This document shows, piece after piece, positions 57,283 to 64,000 of a stretch of 64,000 nucleotides of DNA. Positions within the stretch are counted from its first letter, which is position 1. Each line of letters opens with the position of its first letter. Source of the DNA: an uncultured Candidatus Poseidoniales archaeon (lineage in GTDB: Archaea > Thermoplasmatota > Poseidoniia > Poseidoniales > Thalassarchaeaceae); contig CAWVXH010000005.1 of assembly GCA_963934165.1 (NCBI GenBank), positions 8,910 through 72,909 on the forward strand, written 5' to 3'. Made by a program: the position numbers and the translations under genes. A model generated the notes under the pieces. That model did no database searches, was not told where the DNA came from, and saw only the letters and a program-made list of their open reading frames with translations.

Positions 57283-58726
57283 TAAATTCTGAATCAGAAA
57301 TTTCCAGTGTATCCGAATCTGGCCAGCCGAGTAATCGAGCGAGGAAAACCAATGCAGCTCGATTGGTAATATTTGCTACTTCTTCAACTGTAAGTTGGCC
57401 TACGCAATATTCCACATATACTTCACAAGCAATTGGTGCGAATTGATAATGTCCAGTATTATTGATGATTCCAAAAGTCAAATCAACCTCGTCACCAATA
57501 TCGCTGACGATATGTAGAACATGATTCAAATCAATTGTCTCATCAGAATCTCCAGTGAGAATCATAATTGGAATCGAGATGTTAACTAGTCCAGATTTGA
57601 GCACTGCTCCATTCCAAGGAGCAAGGGTAATAGCAGCCCAAATTCTATCATCACTCAAATCGATTATATCTTGATTAGGTTCGGATTCCCACCAAATATC
57701 TCTGATCTGACAGCCTTCTGAAGATCCTGATTCACACGCCTCAGAAAGATCAGCAGTATCGATTGTTGCACCTGCCAATGCCAAGGTAGTATAGCCGCCA
57801 AACGAATAGCCAGTCACCGCATATCCATCATCTTCGTTCAAGCAATTCTCGAATAGCCCACCGGACTCTGATTCGCTGACAAGCCAGTCAAAAGAATCAC
57901 TTATATCGGCGGGTCTTCGCAAAATCAATTCAGAATATTTCTCTTCATCCTCATCGAAGAATGTGTTGTAGACATGATCTGGTGCAGCGACAATAAAGCC
58001 GTGTGAAACGAGTCGCTGCATAAGAAATTCAGAATTCCAACGCATGCCAGTATTTCCATGTGAGTACATCATGACAGGGTGTGTTTCGGAGCAATCAATC
58101 AGCGCGGAATCCCACGAATAACCTTGAAAGAGAGAGTCGTAAATTACCGGTGTCCCCGAATCATCGGAAGTTGGATACCAAACTTGTACTGTGATTTCTA
58201 GACCTTCCGGTCCAGTGAATTTGTAAGATTTAGTTCCAACCGAATATGGACCGGACGAGTATAGGGAAGTTGCGATTGTCAGTGGGAACGGGTCGTCGTC
58301 GTCGTCCATGCCGTCTCCATCATCGTCAGCATCTGTATTGTCACCAATACCATCGCTATCTGTGTCCGCAGATTCGGTCGAATCATCTGGGAAGACATCT
58401 TCACTATTTTGGATGCCATCGCCATCCCTGTCCGAATCTGAATTATCGCCGATTCCATCGCCATCGCTATCGATTGTCTCGCTGGAATCGAGCGGAAACG
58501 CATCATCAACACTTGGAACACCATCGCCATCAATATCCTCATCACAAGCATCGCCAGATCCATCGGAATCGAGATCATTTTGGTCTGGATTGGTTGTATT
58601 TATGCAATTATCATCTGCATCTGCGACACCATCATCATCAGCATCGTCGATGCCCGCACAACCGGAAAGAATTGAAAATAATAAAATCAAAATTATAGAA
58701 AATGCTGGTAGTTTCATTGATATCAC
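57272..58726 (-). CDS. secreted lipoprotein: TSP3-like Ca-binding repeats fused to an alpha/beta-hydrolase (PAF-acetylhydrolase/lipase-like) domain
   Basis: 484 aa. Lipobox-like LSGC at residues about 20-23, DxDxDG repeats (DSDGSGDACDEDIDGDG, DSDGDGIGDNSDSDRDGDG), nucleophile elbow GYSFGG, and a late NNTGHYQF. Confidence 0.7.
   Translation of the reverse strand: MISMKLPAFSIILILLFSILSGCAGIDDADDDGVADADDNCINTTNPDQNDLDSDGSGDACDEDIDGDGVPSVDDAFPLDSSETIDSDGDGIGDNSDSDRDGDGIQNSEDVFPDDSTESADTDSDGIGDNTDADDDGDGMDDDDDPFPLTIATSLYSSGPYSVGTKSYKFTGPEGLEITVQVWYPTSDDSGTPVIYDSLFQGYSWDSALIDCSETHPVMMYSHGNTGMRWNSEFLMQRLVSHGFIVAAPDHVYNTFFDEDEEKYSELILRRPADISDSFDWLVSESESGGLFENCLNEDDGYAVTGYSFGGYTTLALAGATIDTADLSEACESGSSEGCQIRDIWWESEPNQDIIDLSDDRIWAAITLAPWNGAVLKSGLVNISIPIMILTGDSDETIDLNHVLHIVSDIGDEVDLTFGIINNTGHYQFAPIACEVYVEYCVGQLTVEEVANITNRAALVFLARLLGWPDSDTLEISDSEFIKW
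58276..58651 (-). repeat. coding TSP3-like Asp-rich repeats
   Basis: Repeated GAY-rich codon runs encoding DxDxDGxxDxxD units. They generate spurious ORFs 58246-58698 and 58308-58793 on the + strand. Confidence 0.7.
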
Positions 58727-60478
58727 TCAGACTCTCCGACGTAAATTTTCTATCAACTTATCGGCCAAACCGAGTGCTTTCAAAGTCGATTGAACGTCAC
58801 CAGAATCGAGTGCTTTTGTTGTAGCTGCTACAGCCGACTCAGCAGATGTTCTCATCTCGTCGTCGGCCTTGATATTCGCTGAATCGAGACGACGACGTAT
58901 TTCCTTCCATTCATCCACGACAAAAGAATGCAATTCCTTAGCCTCTTTAATTTCAATTTCATAGGCCTGTAAATCAGTGCTTAACGAGTGCAATTTTTCA
59001 TTTGCAATCGACCATTTTTCATTTTCGGCGGCTTCACTAACTTCAGCAAGCCTAGCTGCCCAAATCTCGCCAGTAGCACCTTTTGGAAACCTTATCTGCA
59101 ATTGTTTCCGTTGGCGAAGTGCACGCTGTACCTCCTGCATTGCACCAGAAGTTTCTCGGATATCGCGAATGATGCTGCTCGCCAACCCTTTCGCTAGAGC
59201 GGTATCGCCGGCAGCCATCGCTGATTGAGCTTCTTCTAAGCGATCTATTGTGAAGATTGGAATATCCCCTACGGCTCCACTGATAGCATTCTGTGCATCC
59301 AAAATTGCTTGCTCTGCCTCACTCGTGGTTGCGGTTAAACTATCGAGGTGACCTTGAATTGAAGAGGTGATATTAATGGCCTCTGTGGGATTCTCATCTG
59401 CCATGGCTTCTCTTGCAGAAGATAGTATGATTCTGACATTATCCAATTGCTGACCCGATTCAGAACCGATTGCTGCATCCGCTTCTTCGATTGCATTCAA
59501 TGCATCCTGCCAATGTTCAATAATGATTGCCGAGCGATTTTTTGCCCTTCTATACATCAATTCAGCTTCGCGTAATGCTCCGTGCTGGGCTTCTCGATCT
59601 CCTAACTTGAAGGCTTTACGCGGGCTCGCTGCCTCGACTGTAATTGCTTCCGCTCGCTCGACTGCAGCCAATGAATCCTTACGAATATCATCTAAATCTA
59701 GAGCGATTGCTTGAATTTTTTCTGCATCGATAAGTGCATCTTCAATCATCTCTAATCCACGCTCAGGGTTACTCCAACCCTCTTCGCGCGCGGTTTTCAG
59801 AATCGATGATGCCTGTTCAAGAGAAATTCCTTGTCCGCGTAGTATAAGCAATTTTGATTCTGCTGCATCAAGAGCAGTCCCAAATTTCTTGCGAGCAGCA
59901 TGATCTTCATCTTTTGTTATCAAATCTGGAACCATCGTCACCGATACTGTGAACAAAATTATTGCAAATAATTCGATTGGAGCGGCTAAAGAAAAAATCA
60001 GTGCTGTAGACAGTGCTAGAGCGCCGAGAGAAGTCAAACCACGATAGCGACGAACATTCAAACTAGAACCCAATAATCGATTACTGACCTGTCTGAGTAA
60101 CAAAGCGATTGAAAACATTATCAAAATTGCAATTAGCGAATCACTTTTTCCAAGATATTCACCTAAGTCACCACCTAAGTCACCTACTGCAATTCCAGCA
60201 AAAACCAGTACTGCCGGCCAAGAAACATTCGCAGCAGTTCCAATTCGAGAACGTTGAACTGGCCCGTATTCAATCAAATCTGCCAGCAGTAAAGCTGCTG
60301 TAAACATCACGACTACAGGCCCCATTCTTGGGAGTAATTCTGCACTACCATCCATCGCTGGAAGCAACCACCATGCTCCCGTACCAATCAATGTAAGTGT
60401 CCCCAATAATGCCAAGCGTTCCACACGAATACGATGAGCAAGGATGACCTTGTCTGGGTAGTCAGGTAGGAGAATCAT
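58727..60478 (-). CDS. hypothetical membrane protein with a long alpha-helical/coiled-coil soluble domain
   Basis: 583 aa. About 6 N-terminal TM helices followed by roughly 390 aa of Ala/Glu/Leu-rich helical sequence. Abuts the downstream gene with no gap. Confidence 0.5.
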   Translation of the reverse strand: MILLPDYPDKVILAHRIRVERLALLGTLTLIGTGAWWLLPAMDGSAELLPRMGPVVVMFTAALLLADLIEYGPVQRSRIGTAANVSWPAVLVFAGIAVGDLGGDLGEYLGKSDSLIAILIMFSIALLLRQVSNRLLGSSLNVRRYRGLTSLGALALSTALIFSLAAPIELFAIILFTVSVTMVPDLITKDEDHAARKKFGTALDAAESKLLILRGQGISLEQASSILKTAREEGWSNPERGLEMIEDALIDAEKIQAIALDLDDIRKDSLAAVERAEAITVEAASPRKAFKLGDREAQHGALREAELMYRRAKNRSAIIIEHWQDALNAIEEADAAIGSESGQQLDNVRIILSSAREAMADENPTEAINITSSIQGHLDSLTATTSEAEQAILDAQNAISGAVGDIPIFTIDRLEEAQSAMAAGDTALAKGLASSIIRDIRETSGAMQEVQRALRQRKQLQIRFPKGATGEIWAARLAEVSEAAENEKWSIANEKLHSLSTDLQAYEIEIKEAKELHSFVVDEWKEIRRRLDSANIKADDEMRTSAESAVAATTKALDSGDVQSTLKALGLADKLIENLRRRV

Positions 60479-60517
60479 GTATTCACACCCATTGAATCAC
60501 TGATGAGACCTGCGGCT

Positions 60518-62659
60518 TCACGGACGGAGAGAATCCGCCCCCCAAAGTCGATTTGCAAAGTAAACAATTCCAGCAAGAATTGCAAAAACACCGATTACGA
60601 CTTGCAATGGTCCTTGCCAGGCCGGCTCAATTAGATAACCAGATTCAAGGATTATTGTTCCTTCATCATCCGCAGATTCACTGCTCCATTCAAACGAAAC
60701 TTCCAACGGCTGGGTTCCATCAATTTTGGTGTTTATTTCAGCACTAAAATATCCCGGGCTACTTGGCGTTGCACCTGGGATTCCAATATATGCTCCACAC
60801 TCCCCTCCGACGCAAATTCTTCCCGACGCTGGATCTGCTCCGTGATTTTGCAGTGTCGCCATAAAAACAACTATTTCTCCATCTATGAGTTTGCCAGCAT
60901 AACTCGAGGTTTCAACAGAAATATTGACGCCAAAATTTGGGAATGATTTCAATTGGAAAGCTAGACTACCTTTGTTACCTGATGAATCCCAAGCCTCGAG
61001 GATGATATCGTGAGTACCTGTTGCTAATGGACCGATTGTGAATAACTCAATTTCTGACCAATCGGCATTTTCTGCAAGAATGACATCATCGACAGTTATC
61101 GTCCAAGATATATCACTAATCGCGTCGAGGTCATCGTAGGACGGTGTGAAATCGAATAGAACGGAATCGCCGTTTCGAACTACGTTTTCTGAGGAAATTA
61201 TCACATCATCAATGAATAAATCTGGAACAATTGTTGGACCATTTCCATCTAGGACGAGAATTATCCAATCACGGGAATGAGTATTTCCAGCATTATCCGA
61301 GACATCAAGATGAATTGACCAAGTGGTTTTTTCTCGAGAAAGATGGCGTTCTGTGAAATTAAGATGCATACCATTGACATCTCCGCTCTGTGAAAATCTG
61401 TCATTAAATTCGAGTTGATTATTGGCTTGATGACGATAGCCTTCAGTCTTATTTGAAGTCAGAACTATGTCAGTAGATGACTGAGAATTCGGGTCATCTG
61501 CTGAAATACTGAACGAAATGTAACTATCAGAAGGTACCTCGAAAACATCCAAATTGGGATCGAGGGTGGTGATTTCACCATTTGGACTTTCGAAATTTAT
61601 TGATGCTTCCCAGACTGGGAAAACGGAATCAATAACTACATTATCATACCATGTGCTTATTGAATTGAACCAATCTTTGCAATGCATTACTGCACTCGCA
61701 ACTTGGCCACCAATGAAACCATAATCTTCTGGAATAAAATTCAAAGTTTCATTGAACTCAGTTAAAACAACAGTCCCATTATTTGAAACTGTCCACCACT
61801 GCTCGTTCGCATCCAAAGCACCATCTTCACATTCACCAAAATAAGTTGTTACACTGCTAAGGGGAATCATCGAGCCACCTGTTTTTCGCTGACCTAAGGC
61901 ATTTGGAGCTTGATTCTCTGCGATTGTGATTCTGATATTGCTAGCAGCGCCAGAAGCGGCTCGATCTACTGTGAAATTACCGGGTTCACCGCTGATTATT
62001 TCGCGCATTGCGCTATATCTATATTCCCAACCACTTGGAAGAATAACTCGGATTGGAATTTCTTCTATTAGTGCGCCGACGCGAGGCAGGTCTAGCAATC
62101 GCGTCGTTCTCGAATCAGTCACACCAACTAAATTCGCTGATTCAATCCATCCCCACGTCAGATTTTCATCTTCTATTGACCCTACGTTTGGCTCTTGAAT
62201 GTAAATTGTTGACCCATTTGCAGTAATCATCGGGGTGTTATCGAATGCACAACATCCAGCTGATTCTGCATTCGTCCAATTTCTCGCCTGATAAAAAATA
62301 TCGACAAATGATTCGATTTCAGTTTTGTTAACCCATCCATCTGAATTGCCCAGATTAATATCGATTTGAGCACGAAGCCCGTATTCGACATTTGGTAGTA
62401 AATCGCTACCGACTTGGTCTGAAATGGTTAGTCTGACTTCCCAAGTCGCATCAAATGTTGAGTTTTCTTCAATTGGTTCGAAGAGGGTGAGTGTTGAATA
62501 ACCATCAACAAGAAATTCTGAATTATTCCCTTCATTTCCATCTCCTCCATCTGGATCGTCTGCATTAACAGGTAAAGCCAATCCTCCAAATAGCATCATA
62601 AATATGATTATTATTGCCAAAATACGTCGTGTCATAAATTCACTTTCCTGAATCATCAT
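60518..62659 (-). CDS. secreted surface protein with a C-terminal TM anchor
   Basis: 713 aa. Signal peptide (ATG 62635, MTRRILAIIIIFMMLFGGLALPVNA, is the likely start), many N-x-S/T sequons, beta-rich, terminal TM VVIGVFAILAGIVYF. Confidence 0.55.
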   Translation of the reverse strand: MMIQESEFMTRRILAIIIIFMMLFGGLALPVNADDPDGGDGNEGNNSEFLVDGYSTLTLFEPIEENSTFDATWEVRLTISDQVGSDLLPNVEYGLRAQIDINLGNSDGWVNKTEIESFVDIFYQARNWTNAESAGCCAFDNTPMITANGSTIYIQEPNVGSIEDENLTWGWIESANLVGVTDSRTTRLLDLPRVGALIEEIPIRVILPSGWEYRYSAMREIISGEPGNFTVDRAASGAASNIRITIAENQAPNALGQRKTGGSMIPLSSVTTYFGECEDGALDANEQWWTVSNNGTVVLTEFNETLNFIPEDYGFIGGQVASAVMHCKDWFNSISTWYDNVVIDSVFPVWEASINFESPNGEITTLDPNLDVFEVPSDSYISFSISADDPNSQSSTDIVLTSNKTEGYRHQANNQLEFNDRFSQSGDVNGMHLNFTERHLSREKTTWSIHLDVSDNAGNTHSRDWIILVLDGNGPTIVPDLFIDDVIISSENVVRNGDSVLFDFTPSYDDLDAISDISWTITVDDVILAENADWSEIELFTIGPLATGTHDIILEAWDSSGNKGSLAFQLKSFPNFGVNISVETSSYAGKLIDGEIVVFMATLQNHGADPASGRICVGGECGAYIGIPGATPSSPGYFSAEINTKIDGTQPLEVSFEWSSESADDEGTIILESGYLIEPAWQGPLQVVIGVFAILAGIVYFANRLWGADSLRP

Positions 62660-63653
62660 AGATTATCGTCGAGCCAGAATGGTCAATTCCTAATGGGATC
62701 ATTCTATGCTCGTCACCCAATATTTTTGCAAGATTATCTCGTAGCATGGGGTTTCCATGAACTAAGAAAAACCCACCGCCGCCAGCACCAAGTAATTTTG
62801 CTCCAGTGGCGCCAGCCAACATGATGCGCTCGTACAAATCGTCAAGCGTATCATTCGAGATTCCTGAAGAAATCCCTCGCTTCATTTGCCAAGCTTCATT
62901 CAGAAGTGTGCCTAGTCCTGATAAATCAGCACATTCGAGTAAATTTCTCGCCTGATCTGCTTGCTCGCGTATTCGACCTAAATTAGTTGTTTCAATCGAC
63001 GAATCATCTGCACCTTTAGACAAAACTTCGCTAGCAGAACGGCTAGTTCCAGTAAAAACCAAAGTAAATTCTTCAGCCATTTTAGCCATCGTTTCCTCTG
63101 GTAAGTTCAATGGTTCCACAGAAACTTTCCCGCCTTTCCCGAACGATATCGCATTGACACCACCGAAAGCTGTAGCATACTGATCTTGGCGACCAATCGG
63201 CTGGCCGAGAATGTCAATCTCAATTCGACATGCTTCGGCCGCTAATTGCGCTGCACCAACATCACGCCCAGCAAAGTGGTGTAGCGCATTAAGCAAACCA
63301 ATAGTAACGGCGGAGGACGAACCAAGACCAGTTCCTCGAGATGGAATATCTGCGATTGTAGTAATTTCAATTCCGGAGGTTACACCAGTGAGACGCATGG
63401 ATTCGCGAACTAATTCATGTTGAATATCTTCGAAATTATCGACAGTTTCCATGCGCGAGTACGAAACGCGAATGCGGTCGTCAAAACGCTGATTTACAGT
63501 TACATGGATGTAGCGAGAAAGTGCAAGAGAGGTTACCATTCCTCCCGTATGAGAACTTTCAGCAAAACGATCGGTATCGGTTCCACCACCACAAAATGAC
63601 ACGCGAACCGGTGTCCGACTGATTATCATCAGCCTTGGGGGGTCAATCATCAC
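62640..63653 (-). CDS. GHMP-family sugar kinase (HddA/COG2605-like)
   Basis: 337 aa. Motifs RTPVRVSFCGGGTD, PSRGTGLGSSSAVTIGLLNAL (GHMP motif II) and KLLGAGGGGF (motif III). Confidence 0.8.
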   Translation of the reverse strand: MMIDPPRLMIISRTPVRVSFCGGGTDTDRFAESSHTGGMVTSLALSRYIHVTVNQRFDDRIRVSYSRMETVDNFEDIQHELVRESMRLTGVTSGIEITTIADIPSRGTGLGSSSAVTIGLLNALHHFAGRDVGAAQLAAEACRIEIDILGQPIGRQDQYATAFGGVNAISFGKGGKVSVEPLNLPEETMAKMAEEFTLVFTGTSRSASEVLSKGADDSSIETTNLGRIREQADQARNLLECADLSGLGTLLNEAWQMKRGISSGISNDTLDDLYERIMLAGATGAKLLGAGGGGFFLVHGNPMLRDNLAKILGDEHRMIPLGIDHSGSTIIYDDSGK

Positions 63654-63743
63654 TCATGAAAACGACGGAACGCGGATTCAACGCTCTTTTGTCAAGGGCA
63701 ATGCCTATGACCGGCGTGCTACCGGATTTGAAGGAGGATAGAC

Positions 63744-64000
63744 ATGGCGGACCTCATCACGATGGATGATCTCACAAATGAAGAGATCATTGAATTATTA
63801 GACATTGCACAAAGACTGCTCCCCGTTGCAAAGGGTGATGTTTACGCTCCGCTGCTTCAAGGCAAGGTTCTTGGCAATCTGTTTTTTGAAAATTCAACCC
63901 GCACTAGAATGTCGTTTGAGACTGCAATGAAGCGTCTTGGCGGCGAGGTGTTGAATCTCAGTTCAATCGGCTCGAGTGTTGCAAAAGGCGAGACGCTTTA
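63744..64000 (+). CDS. pyrB: aspartate carbamoyltransferase catalytic chain, 5' partial (runs off the window)
   Basis: My own translation is [67 protein letters not shown]. The STRTR and KGE(T/S)L motifs are present. Not in the ORF track because the frame is open at the window edge. Confidence 0.8.
   Translation, partial: MADLITMDDLTNEEIIELLDIAQRLLPVAKGDVYAPLLQGKVLGNLFFENSTRTRMSFETAMKRLGGEVLNLSSIGSSVAKGETL

Overview
The window reads as an archaeal chromosome segment. Archaeal markers include Orc1/Cdc6, a group II chaperonin (thermosome), Bud32, an archaeal-type PPAT and a DUF359-type dephospho-CoA kinase. Many bacterial-type metabolic and chaperone genes sit among them: DnaK, GlpX, a Glycolytic-family class I aldolase, a ThrRS with the bacterial editing domain, and TrhO. 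The gene content (surface proteins with thrombospondin-type-3 Ca-binding repeats and C-terminal TM anchors, M14/M17 peptidases, acyl-CoA catabolism) fits a marine planktonic euryarchaeote of the MGII/Poseidoniales kind, but that is inference only.

I annotate about 58 CDS, one tRNA-Gly(GCC), a candidate replication origin next to orc1/cdc6, and one G+C-rich structured non-coding region of unresolved identity. I found no CRISPR array, rRNA, transposase or integrase.

The observations most worth follow-up are:
- a CoA-ester catabolic cluster built around a BoxB/PaaA-like di-iron oxygenase (19.7-27.3 kb);
- the unexplained structured RNA-like region at 9.64-10.09 kb, which carries conflicting SRP-RNA-like motifs;
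- a PPAT-DPCK gene fusion;
- an orphan locus of one 876-aa wHTH protein plus two tandem small paralogues sharing a palindromic intergenic site;
- a cysteine-free Mrp/NBP35 ATPase whose CXXC loop is replaced by an insert;
- a membrane protein with an FH1-like polyproline tail;
- an hsp20-dnaK-pspC operon with no grpE or dnaJ in the window.

All functional calls rest on motifs read from the supplied translations. No database search was run.
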